NCBI GenBank assembly: GCA_973895155.1
Contig: OZ316897.1
Location: 21,675,455-21,739,454, forward strand
Source of the DNA: Marsupella aquatica
Taxonomy: Eukaryota > Plantae > Marchantiophyta
Direction: 5' to 3'
DNA length: 64,000 nucleotides
Made by a program: the position numbers and the translations under genes. Shown one piece after another: positions 14,425 to 26,452 of this stretch (position 1 is the first letter of the stretch; each line of letters starts with the position of its first letter). The notes under the pieces were generated by a model, which saw only the letters and a list, made by a program, of their open reading frames with translations, was not told the DNA's origin and did not search any database.

Positions 14425-14930
14425 AAAAGTCCCACGCCTGAACCTCACAAACTCCGTTGGTGGTCACGGGAGCACTCTCCTCAAGCCAGACGTCCTAACT
14501 TTCAAACCCACAAGTTCAAAGTAAAGATCTTCCATTCCCGGCCTCCCATAAAGTGTATTATCATAGTATGTATTGAACATGTATTGCAGAATGGCCAAGT
14601 TCGCCAAATTTCAATCGGGAGAATTCTGATATGGGGAGTACTTTTTGATGAAAGGGAACACTGGACATGAAGCAAATTCAGGGACGTGTAATTTATCGCC
14701 TTCCGTCCATATAGCAAATTAAAGGAATTCTTGGACGATGATGTGCATAACAGACTCTCGTTGAGCAATTCCCGGAGCTCTGGACAGTAGGCGAGATGAA
14801 TGCAAAAGTTTACGCTGGCCGACATTACCAGTTTTCTTTCCTTCACGAATTGCAATTGGATAATGCAGAAAATAGTGGGTCAATCTAATTCACAAATCTT
14901 TTCTGCTCTTCACGTTTCCAAACAGAGTTG
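14425..14930 (+). repeat. Diverged duplicate of the non-coding segment ~10050-10870
   Basis: Shared blocks such as CTCACAAAyTCCGTTGGTGGTCAC, GTACTTTTTGATGAAA, AGCAAATTCAGGGACGT and TTAAAGGAATTCTT appear in the same order. Confidence 0.85.
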
Positions 14931-15274
14931 TAGCCCTTCATAAATGTCAATTCCGCGACATACTATAGAACGATGATCCCAAGCTCCGACATGTTCATTC
15001 ATTACCACTGTAAAACTACTCGAGTATTTCGTGGGTCAACACGGTAAAGCTTTACAGCTACCAAAGTCTCTGAAATGCTATAGAACAGAGTGATTTGGCC
15101 ATGCAATGATATCAGTGACGGTAGACGATGAAATTGACGTGACCTTTTATTGCCATGTCAAGGCAAGCAACGAGTAGCCAGCCCGTAGGAAAGGAGATTC
15201 AATCAATTATTTAGAAACTGAAGCGGAATGCGGAGTTTGGGAATAGGGGAACCTTGAGACCATTATCCTTAGAA

Positions 15275-18200
15275 CTACCGTTCCACTCGTGTGTTCGTAA
15301 ACTTTGGATGGCACGAAATTGCTTGAAGGTATACGGGGCTTTCCATCTCTATCATTCGTGACACCTGCAGTCAAAACATGAGAACGTCTAATGAGCAGCA
15401 GAACAATGAAGGGCAACTTTCTATCCATTTATAAATCAAACGCAACTATTTGCGGAGAGTTTATGGTCCGCTTACTGCTCGTCGAAAGGCAAACAGTTCC
15501 TCTCGTCCTGACAGCAATGACTCAATACTGGATTTTGCTGCACTTGAGGCTCCCAGAGGAGCCACATTCCCTGAGAGAAGAACATCTCTCCTTAATCGAC
15601 TGCCTTCGGCTTCTGTTTCAAATTGTAGGCTGGAGAAAAATTCCAAACATTAGTTCTAATCATCAAACGAATCTGCCTAAATATTTGCACCAGGCATTGG
15701 CTTTCATACTAAAGAAAAACTCGAAGTGTCTTATTGTTTCCATCTTACATAGGCGTGCTCCATTTGCTCTTTAAAATTCAGCGATAAAAATGAACACACA
15801 GATCAAAGCGTTCAAATAAATCTTGATACCATACTAAGAGTACTTCATGGTCCAAAACTAGACCATGATAATAAATCTTGATACCATACTAAGAGAGTAC
15901 TTCATGGTCCAAAACTAGACCATGATAATGAGACAGATCGGATATCTACCTCTCGAGATCAACCAGAGGACCCTCGTCGGTACCCAAGAAGAGTTCGTCT
16001 ACAGGGGCGGCTGTTGTACAGATAAGCCGGCAATGATGATTATAAAGCTCATCAACCAGAGTTATGAACCTGCGCGCCTATGAAATGATGTGAGTCAGAC
16101 ATACAGAACTGTGATGTAATGCCGCTTACTAGACGAGTAACAACAACGTCATCTTCTGAGCTTGAGTGACAATACTAGCATCTTTCTTTATAGGAACAAT
16201 GCAATCATATGGCTAGAATTTTCCGTACCTGATCAGAATTCCGCATACTCATGACCGGAATATCAGTGATAAACACAGTATGGTAGTTTTGTGCAATTGA
16301 AACATAGTCGGCCGCTCCAAGCTGAAACATCAAGTTTGTAAAATATGATGACGGACACTAATATGATTTCGTATCTAATATATCTGTATGTGGTATTCAA
16401 AGTTCTTTCAGAAAACCTCGTCCCATAACTAATGTGTGGTGATGTGAAGGTATGAATCCCCAGTCAAACTAAAAACAAATCACAGCTTCAAATCTGGGAA
16501 CCTCAACCTTGACAGATCTCACATTACGACCTGAATGAGGTCGTAAAACCAATGTTAAGGAACTGCATGCCGTCCTATCCATTTTACTGGTTGGCTTCAA
16601 AACACTGGCAACCAAGAGCTGGGGATAAAACTTACAGGGCGACTGCATAATTCCTCAAATGAAAATCGTGCAATGCCTTGGCAACTTTGCGGAACCTCCA
16701 GAATCCTGACCCCAAGATCATAATAAGTATAACCACTGAACTGCAAAGCAAAGATTTCGTCGATCCTTAACTAGTGCACTAAGGAAGCAAGACTTACTGG
16801 ATCTCAAACAACGATAACTACAACGCTCCAAAATGTGTGAGGTAGAAATTCTACCTTCCAAACATCACAGGAATTGAAGACGTAGTCGGAACGTTTTGTT
16901 CAGACGAAAGCGCAAACTCATTCCAGAGTTGGCTGAGCCTTTCCTGAGATTGATCTCCCAGCGGCCAAAAATAATGTACTTGCTTTTCCTGCAAATGAGG
17001 GAAGTTTGATTATCTACATTTATTCCAAAGTCTTATCGAATTATGTCCTTAATGTGCATCCAAGTGACACGTATGATATCAATAATAAGAAGAAGAACCC
17101 ATAGTCACCGATCACAGCCTCACAAAAGATACAGTCTCACCCTGTGCTCTCATCAATATAACCAAACAATTAGGGAAAGCAACATGCAAATCAATTCATC
17201 AACCGACAGGAATCAAGAAAGACATTCTATGTGTTAGCATCAAACCTTCGCATTGTGCAAAGAAGCAATGACACGTCGATAATCCTTGCCCACTCCCACC
17301 AAAACTGCTTGGCAGTGTTCCTCCAGTTTTGCAATGAATGTATTGAATATCTGCTTTTGTAGCCCATCCTATACAGAATGTGGCACGCATCTACAAACTT
17401 CAGCATCATCTTCAGAAAGAGGCATTCGTGCATATACCGCACCACGACAAGAATACTTTGTGTAGAATTTAAGGAGAGTACCTTGTTCAAGTCCCGTGGA
17501 GCTCGATTGCTTGTTGCTACTATCACTGTACCCGTGCTGAGAAGTCTGCCCAGAATGGCAGAAAGAGCAAGTGCTGTAAACACATCTACCACCTGGACAT
17601 CATCAAGGCCATTCGTTTGATACCATTCAAGGAAGTTACCATTAATGATGGGTTTTGGATTCCTCTAGGTCTCAAAAGGAAAAGTGCAACGCCTATAATT
17701 TCTCTACAAAGTAATAATACCGTTTCCAAACTCTTCGATTTCATTCGAAAATTGGATATACAGCATGCCTTTTTATGATTCCCCTTGGAGGCAAAAGTGC
17801 AATTTGAACAAACAGAATATTGTGATGTATAACCGACATTCCAACCTGCACTTCATCAAAGCAGAGTAGACTGGCACCCTCACTATCCTTCGCCCCATGA
17901 CCAAAAAGGTCATCGGCAACAGCATATAGGACAGACAAATTGGACTCCTGCTCTTTTGCCCATTGTTCCTCTGCAGCGAGCCACTCCTTTGCAGCAGTCT
18001 CCAGTGTCATGGAATCCGTTCCAGTGAGAGATTTCGAGTTGGACTTGGCATCGTCTATCACTTTCAATGTCTCTTTCTGCTGCTTCCATAGTTTATGCAT
18101 CCGGTCATGTACTTCCAGCATAGCCTGCGTTGCAGAAAAATCATTAAAATATAGAAACATAGTTCCGAGCACTAGTCCATCGATGCAAAATGCTCACCGA

Positions 18201-20032
18201 ATGATCCATAATTTGACTAAGACAGTGAATTTAGAGCCAAGTTTATGTAAATGACAAGTACGAAATAGAGGACGATGGACAAACGACCAAAACGATTGCA
18301 CTTACCGCATGGAAGTGCAGTCTCCGGCGGTACTTTACAACCCCATCAGAAGAATGAAAAAACAAATCCATCAAAAATGTCTTCCCTGGATTATTCACCA
18401 ACCAAGAATTCACACAAGCATTACAAGCAGATTTCAGAGAGAATGCTCAAGACCATCTTGTCATGGACGGAAAATGGACCGACTACAATTACATGCTAGC
18501 TAAGAAATACGATGACAAAACAATTTAGCAATTCTTCTAAAGATACCCGACCCGACCCACCCCCAGCCCCCACCCACCCACCCACCTTCTTACGAAAGAC
18601 AACCTCTAAAAGACAGTACATTGAATCAAAGCAAAGTTGGTGTCATCTGTATTGGCTGAATAAGCTTGACGTGCAAACGATAAGAAGGAAAAGCTGATTT
18701 ACCACACCCAACATTTCCATAGAGATAGAGCCCTTGAGGAGAAGACGGCAGAGGGGGTCGAGGACCCACCAAAGAGTCCAACTGCTTCTCCCTTTTGATG
18801 CGCGCCACCATTCTACCAGCTCCAGGTTCAGCTCTTACATGCCGGGTCTTCCTGACTAGCACGTACAACATAAAACGAGAAGTGAATGATTTTGTTTCTA
18901 CTTTTACGTCATTTCCAGGCTAATTATCAGAATCCCGTCTTTTATATTGCTGACCATGTATTCCGATCTCTTTAAATCAAGAACTTCCAAAAAATTCAAA
19001 ATGGGTGGTTGTCAGTTTTCTGCATTACAGCCAGACCTTGACCACCAGCCCCATACACCACTCCGATTCTCCTGAGCGATGCGCTGAAGTCTTTTTCTAC
19101 CCTCGATTTCAGATTCCTCTTTCAAGAGGGTCGCCCTGTGTCGCTCACGTTCTCCAGTCCATTTCTTGAGGATCACCTGGGACAGACCAAGGTCAACTAT
19201 CCATCAGAATCTTCTCTGCTCATGATTGGACGGAGCATGACACTGAGATGGAATCCGAGTTGAGCACCTGGTATTCTTCCATTTCTTTTTGATAATGCTT
19301 CATCTGTCCCAGAAGTTTATCCAGCATTTGAGCCACCACTTCCTGTTGAGCATCGTGCTGGAGCAATCCTTGCTGGACCATTGCCTGATAGCGACGCAGT
19401 GGACCAATATTTTCTGAAGCAATCCACCCGGCCCAACCAAATTCAGAACAGATCATGGCCAGTGGCTCCAGTGCACTAGGGAGGACACCTAAACGCTATA
19501 AAATATACCTTGCATCTCTTGTCACTTGCCCCGACTGATTCACTCCCAGCTCAAGATACTACCGAATCATTTCTTTGGAAACGTAAAAATTCTGAATTAT
19601 GCCCCAGAGCAACACCAACGAAGCAATTTCAACTAAAATTACATCAGTCGGAGAGAAATATAACATAATTCCTGATACTCATGAATTAAGGATACTGGTG
19701 CCAGTCGATGACAAATCAGAGCATAGTAGTGAGGTGCAGTCCACGAGATGAATCACACCAAATCATATGAAACGAAATAAATAGAGTTGACGTACTTTTC
19801 AGTCAAATTGGTTTTGAAAGCAAGTTAATTTTATTTTATTAATCTCAGAGGACTAAATAAAATTGGAGGTACCTGGCGATTCCCGCGTTTTTGGTGACGA
19901 GAGTCTCCTGCACTGAATCCATCTCAAGGATCTATCGCAGGAAGGACCCAAAACGGATGATCTCTGGCTACTACGTGACCCAACGAGGGCCCCGTATACG
20001 GCCCTCGAGAGGGTAGTTTGACGAAACCGCAT
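15275..20032 (-). CDS. AFG1/LACE1/ZapE-family P-loop ATPase, multi-exon, with a probable mitochondrial presequence
   Basis: First exon 20032-19873 (MRFRQTTLSRAVYGALVGSRSSQRSS..., Arg/Ser-rich). GPLRRY..MVQQGLLQHDAQQ (~19270-19410). Walker A GLYLYGNVGCGK|T (~18700-18735 and ~18385). RRRLHFHA. Walker B LLCFDEVQ (~17850). VIVATSNRAPRDLN. ARRFITLVDELY (~16040-16075). FETEAEGSRLRRDV exon 15476-15629. Last exon 15275-15364 (VSRMIEMESPVYL...*). Not every internal boundary was resolved. Confidence 0.92.
15818..15929. repeat. ~55-bp tandem duplication in an AFG1 intron
   Basis: AAATCTTGATACCATACTAAGAG(AG)TACTTCATGGTCCAAAACTAGACCATGATAAT occurs twice. Confidence 0.9.
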
Positions 20033-21695
20033 ATTAATCAGTCTACTTCTCGTAGTTTCAGTTCACAATTCTCACAGATGCAACAGAGATTCAATGTCGG
20101 GGGAAGTGAGGAAGCCACATCGTCTCTGACCGTCGTCCTCATGCAGACCAGCTCGGATTGCTCGGTTTCTGCAGGAACTGACTGTTACAGCCTCTTCCAC
20201 GATATCTTGACTGGGATTTCCCTTCACGGCACTCCTTGTTTCAGCTGTAATAGAAAACCCTTACGATTAGACAAACAGGAGAATGGCAAACATGAGAATG
20301 GCATTGCTCCATGACTAAAGAGCTTCACAACCCTACACAACGCTTTCCCCTGCTATTTAATTCTGAATTTTTTGAAGACCAAACCTTGACAATCATATTC
20401 CATGCTCATGTGTGCAAAGCCGTGCATGGTAGTTTGGGTCGCCCATCTATTCATCCAAGAAACCCTAACTAGTTACCATCATTAGGATACCGTTTCTCTG
20501 TAATTGAAAATGCCAATCTGAACAAAAGATAACTTTGAACAGGGCTTTTGCCAATAATTGTGCGATCTAGGTAACAGACAAATCATTTCTGCAATCTGAT
20601 TACAATACCGGCTCCTTTGCAATGTGATTCAGCTCCTTTCAAAATTATCTACTCATCATCAGGGCCTACATCAAACCATAAAAAGGAGAGGCCTTCATTT
20701 CTTCTGTTATGTCCGTCACTTCTGCATTGTGTGTAACGAAACTCGACGTAACCAATCTCAGGAATGCGAGGTGCTTTCTTACCTTCCAGGCTTCCCCATC
20801 CACAGATGAAGAAGAAGAATTGTGAATTCTTCAAAACCCAACACCCAAGATTGCACAGCCTCTTGGGTGTCACTAAAATGACACTGTCAGTAAGGCGCTT
20901 CACAAGAGTTGGGTGCGATATAACCGAATCATGGATCTGGCTATAATTCGGTCACGTGGTCGCCTCCTCACAGTACGAAATCTCCTACTAATAACTCCTT
21001 CCTGTTCTGCGTGTCATCGTGAAAACAAGTCTCCTCTGCATAGATAGATCTTCGTTCCTGTATTTCTGTGTCGACACCGCTTCACCACTTCTTCTGCTAA
21101 TCACGCTGACAGTGTCACCCCCCCTAAAGTCAGTCCCTACCTCAAACCTCAATATCCTGCCCCACCCCCCAATGTGACAACCCCACCCCCACCCCCCCAG
21201 CCTATTTTTTTAAGGTTTTTTTGTTTTTAGCAAGTGTGGCAAATGTCAGCCTCTAAGGAAGGAGATGCTAGTTATATTCTTTATCACTTTTGCTGGATTA
21301 TATACTCACCTTCTGATATCCCTACATTTACTGAAGAGGGGTTGGATTCTGGCAAATGGGGTCCATGATTTGGTGAGAAAGTGGCTAATGGCATACAAAG
21401 GATTTAGCCAATTTTAGCCAAAAGGGGGAACACTTTGGGGTAAGTGGAATTTGGCAAAAATCACCCCACCCCCCCTCTTATTTCAAAGTAGGCAATACAT
21501 CACAACACAGTGCTTTGCTAGAGAACAACATCAGGTGGCCTTAGGCTCCATGGTCCACCTGGACCAAATGTTTATTTCTTCACATTCCCTGGGTCCTCCA
21601 ACTAATTAACCACAGTAGAGTTGAGGTATTTGCTTGATCTACCCCCAAAATGAAACTTGTTGGTTGCTCGAGCCCTGATGTCTATCAACAGTCCA

Positions 21696-21851
21696 GTTCT
21701 GAGATCAAAAGGTCCATCAACTGGCCAGGTTGGGAAAAGCATGGAGGGTTCTGAGATCAAAAGGTCCATCAACTGTCCAGGTTGGGAAAAGTATGGAGGG
21801 TTCTGAGATAGAAAGGTCCATCAACTGTCCAGGTTGGGAAAAGTGTAGAGG
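21696..21851. repeat. 52-bp tandem repeat x3 in the intergenic region between divergent genes
   Basis: GTTCTGAGATCAAAAGGTCCATCAACTGkCCAGGTTGGGAAAAGyATGGAGG at 21696, 21748 and 21800. Confidence 0.92.
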
Positions 21852-22819
21852 GGGTTGATTAAGCAAACTTTTTCCGGAAGGGGTCTAATAAGCATATCTC
21901 TCCAGTAGAGTTTGAGGCCTGCTTATGAGCAAGGAGCACCCAAAGAAAACTCATTGTAGAGCTTGCCACGGTGAGCTCGCAAATGAGCGCAAGGTGGCGA
22001 TCTCTCATGGCTCCATTTGGCGACCCCCTACTAGCTGATGGGTCTCACAGGACTGGAGAATGCCCTCCAACGATTCGGGCAGCCATGTCTCAATCTACCC
22101 ACCCACACACCCACCCCTCCCTTCAAGCAGCCGAAGAATTTCCCCTTTGCCGTCCTGTACAATCTTCGCCCAAATCGACTTTCGGCACAGGGAACTTGGT
22201 TTATCTCTGGATTGAGTGGTTTGCATTGTGAACTGGATCCAGTCCTGCCCTGACTTTGTGGCGAGACCAGTTGAACCAGCCGAAATTAGAGGAATGTTCT
22301 TCTGTCTTGGGAGGTACCTGTGGCAATTGTAACTTGGTGGTAAAAAATTATCGGCCTATAGGTGGATGAATTCGTTGCTGCGTATGGGGCATTGATCAAG
22401 CTTCGTGTTGTTGTTGAGGCAGCAGTGAGCTCGGTTTGGTTTCTTTCATTACATTGTTACTATGTCTAACTGATTTGACATTATTTGAGGCGCTCTTTTG
22501 AATTTGAGGTGCAGTCCTGAATTTGGGATATTAGCTTGTTCTCTTTGATGAGAGGTTCTGATTCTATTACCTCGGTCTGGCTGTTTGAAGCTCCCTCATG
22601 GAGTTAAATGAGTGAATGGATGTTTCAAGTCACGCCTCTTTGTGCCAGCACCATTGGGATATTTGATCACTTCCGCAAGAAGGTGCATTCTGTCCAGTCC
22701 CACCAACTAGAGGTGGGAAAACAATCTTCGACAGTATAACACATTTTGTGTCCATTCGCTAATTCTTCAGTCGTCCTGCTGCTTCAGCGCTTTCACATTG
22801 GTATACAACGGGCCCAGAT

Positions 22820-25800
22820 ATGGTGAGGGCTCTCTTCGTTTCCAGGGGGCTTGCATGGAAGGCGTTTTCCAGCCCGTTGGAGATTGAAAGTGAGCTCTTC
22901 TCAAATAGCTGGGACGGAGGAATCGGGGAAACTACAGAAAGTAGGATCAGGCGGCGGGTTGAGTTAGTGACGAGAGTTCAACAATGGCGTTCTCGCCGGT
23001 TGAAGGTGGCGACCTGTGCCTGGAATCTGGAGTTTAAGCTGGCTGCGAGCTGGCGGAATGGGGATCTGCTCATTAGCTATCCGAGGAAATTTAGGAGGAG
23101 GTCAAAAGTCGAACCTCTGATTGTTTTCTGTGAGGGTGGAGATTCAGGGGAGAGTAATGATAAGGCAGAGGACTTGGGCACGCAGGTCGATGAGAAGATT
23201 GAATCCATTGTCTCAGCTTCAGGGGACGAAGGGGTCGGGCGTTCCGAAGGGTTCTTGGATGTGAAGGAGAAGATAGAAGTGTTGAAAGATTTGGAGCTGC
23301 AGCCCGGCGTTAGTAGAAGAGGATGGTTGGCTCAAATGAAGATGGCTTTTGGAGCTCTGATAGGGTTCTTGCCTTTGATCCCTGTCCGGGTATGTCTATT
23401 TGTGCCACCCAAAGATCAAGCGAGTGGAAGTGACTTGGGATTGAAACAATATGAATTGAATTAATGCCCCTTCGTCCATTTTGGATTATCTTTTTCCAAA
23501 CGAATGATCGGAATTTTAAAATTGTTTCGTCCTTGAGATCAAGCCTTTGGAGTACTTGACCTCTCGTCTCCTTTGGTCATGTTTGTCTAACGCTAACGCC
23601 AGTTTTTTGCGTACCAGATTGTTACTTTTCCAAAAAGGTGGGAAATAAGGTGTACAAGAGTTTGATGTCGGTTGGGAATTCTCAAGGTTGATGGAATCCG
23701 TCATTTTTGTATGATCCTTCCAGGAGGAGTACATGGAAGTCCCTAGAGAGCAAAATGGGCCAATCATTTTATGGGAAGGGTGGGGGACCTCACTATGCTG
23801 GTCAGCAATACTGCCCCATGAATGACTCGATCGTCTTGTTTTACTTTTTCTTCTCAGGTGTTTCATAAACTCATATTGCTGCATACGCATGACAGGTGGG
23901 CGAACTTTGTGGGAGGATTGCCTGAGGTTGACACAGATTATGTCGTAGATTTGATCTTTGATCAAACTAAGGGTTTGGGGTTTAACATTGCCCGCTATAA
24001 TATCGGAGGTGGAACAGACTTGAAATTCGATACAAACATGAGGCCATTTGCCGATGTTCCTGGCTTCAAGGCCAGTGCTGATGTAGACTATGACTGGTCA
24101 GCAGATGAGAGGCAGCGAAAGGTACTCTTAGGAGCAAAAGCGCGAGGAGCGAATCTATTTGAAGCTTTCTCCAATTCCCCTCCCGGATGGATGACACGTA
24201 GTGGATCTGTTACTGGTAAAGTTTCTTTATGAACCTGATTATTAGAGGTTGAATTATATGCTCAAGATACAGATTTGCAAGATTTTCATTCTGAAATTTG
24301 TTTCAAATGGTGCAATCTACCTGTTATCTCCATAAGTACTTTACTTACGGTAAGTGATAATACTGGGCTGACAGGTAACTGGCAGAGAGGGCAAGACAAT
24401 CTCAAACCAGAGCACTTTACCACATTTGCGGACTATTTGACAGATGTGGTACAGCGATATGAACAGCACTGGGATATCCACTTCGATTACCTTGCTCCTT
24501 TCAATGAGCCAGTGGAAGGGTTTTGGAACTTGGATCGCAAGAAGGCTGCCCAAGAAGGATGCAACTTCTCAGTTTCCTCTATAAATAAGGTCTGATCTCT
24601 GTGGTGAGCAGACAAATTGCAAGGTTGACTGGTGTCCGGTCAGCTCTGCGGTATAGAATAATTTTTCTACTTAATTGTCATTTAAAGAATCGTTTTTTTC
24701 TAGCTCTTTGTCATCTAATAGTTAATAAAGAAACATATCAGCAGTACTAACATGGGAGTCGTATTGCAGTTGCTTCCACTAGTACAGAAATCTCTCTCAA
24801 GCAAAGGCATGTCAACCCAAATCACAGCTGCTGATGCGTGGAGTCTGAACACACCTAAAGTTCTTCGAGGATTGGGGAAAGAAACACTGGATATCGTCAG
24901 CCAGATAAACGTCCACACTTACATTCCTTTCGTACAAAGAGAGGGTGATGCAAAACGAAGTGAGGTACTACATCTTGAAATGATTAACCCTATCTTACTC
25001 CGATATTGTGTCTCGTATTTTAGAATTGCCCTAGTATTTCCAATTACTCTGATACCCTTTCAACAGGATATTTTAGTTCCAACCTTCCACGATCCACCCG
25101 CCCCTAGTCTTTTCCACACCTACAATTAAGAAACGAATGTTTTTCACATTACAATCATATTCTGATTCCCTTAAATTATAACAATGACGATTATTTCTTT
25201 TTCATTTTCTTATTTAAGATACATGATACACCTAAATTGGTACTACTATCGTAGAAGTGATGTAAATGTTTGACAATGGTGAATACTCGACTTCATTTTG
25301 AATAGACTGCAGATAGATAGATTTCACTCAGAATGTAGTCCAGGGGTAAGAGGTTTTTTTCCGAATCTCCCATCATTCTTGATTTTTGAATTCGCTGTCC
25401 TGTACCTGAGACTTAGAGCACATGCACGTGCAAATGTCTATCAAGATTTATTATGTACATTTGTTGTTGTCTTCAGGTTAAGCGTGCTGTCCATGGAATT
25501 GGAAAGAAGCTGTGGATGTCAGAATATGGACCATTGAATTGGGGAGGATCAGAATTGGACGTTGCGCTTGCAGTGGGTAGGCATATCACACTCGACATAA
25601 ATGAGCTGCAGGCCTCAGCTTGGTGTTATTGGCAGGTGCTGGAAGTTCCTGGGAAGAACTTCTATTGGGGATTGTTGCATGCAGAATTCAAGTATATGTG
25701 GGATCATTCGGATCCGTTTAGAGTTCAAATCAAGAAACAGTATTACATGATGATGCATTTCAGTAGATGGGTTCGCCCGGGTTTCACCATTTTTTGTATT

Positions 25801-26088
25801 AGCGAGGGACAGTTCAGGGACTGGCTTGTGCTTGCTGTGGATCCTTCGAAATCTATTGTTGTGATGGTGTTTACAAACACCTCACAAAGGAACATAGATG
25901 TTAGTTTTGATGTATCGGGAGTAGCAACAGCCTTAAAGGACAGCCCTATTCAGGCTGCTCTAATTAGAACATCAGAGACTGAAAACCATTTGGAGCTTCC
26001 AACCATCAGCTTCAAAACACCAGTAGTTGTCGTCAGAATTGTTGCGAAGTCCATTAACACCATTGTTGTATCCAAGGCAGTGGAATGA
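22820..26088 (+). CDS. Glycoside hydrolase family 30 protein (endo-beta-1,6-galactanase-like, GH30_5-like), 6 exons, with a ~190-aa N-terminal extension
   Basis: Exons 22820-23389, 23724-23800, 23896-24215, 24375-24589, 24770-24964 and 25477-26088 join in frame. Motifs: WEGWGTSLCWWAN, GLGFNIARYNIGGG, YDWSADERQR, FEAFSNSPPGWM, acid/base PFNEP, INVHTY, nucleophile LWMSEYG, AWCYWQ, KQYYMMMHFSRWVRPG. Confidence 0.88.
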
Positions 26089-26452
26089 AGTTAAGTTCCG
26101 AGACGGAGCTGAAGTACTGAGGCTGCTCTAAGTAGAACAGAAGAGACTGAAAACCGTTTGGAGCTTCCAACCATCAGCTTCAAAACACCAGTAGTTGTCG
26201 TCAGAATTGTTGCGAAGTCCATTAACACCATTGTTGTATCCAAGGCAGTGGAATGAAGTTAAGTTCCGAGACGGAGCTGAAGTACTGAGGCTGCTCTAAG
26301 TAGAACAGAAGAGACTGAACCGTTTGGAGCTTCCAACTATTAGCTTCAAAACACCGGTTGAGTCAGAAGTGTTGCGAAGTCTATCAACACCATTGTTGTA
26401 TCCAATGCTATGGAGTACAATTCAGTTCCAAGACGGAGCTAAAGTGCTTAGG
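25952..26452 (+). repeat. 168-bp tandem triplication spanning the GH30 C-terminal codons, stop codon and start of the 3' UTR
   Basis: AGGCTGCTCTAAkTAGAAC...GAAGTACTG units start at ~25952, 26120 and 26288. The third copy is more diverged. Confidence 0.93.
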
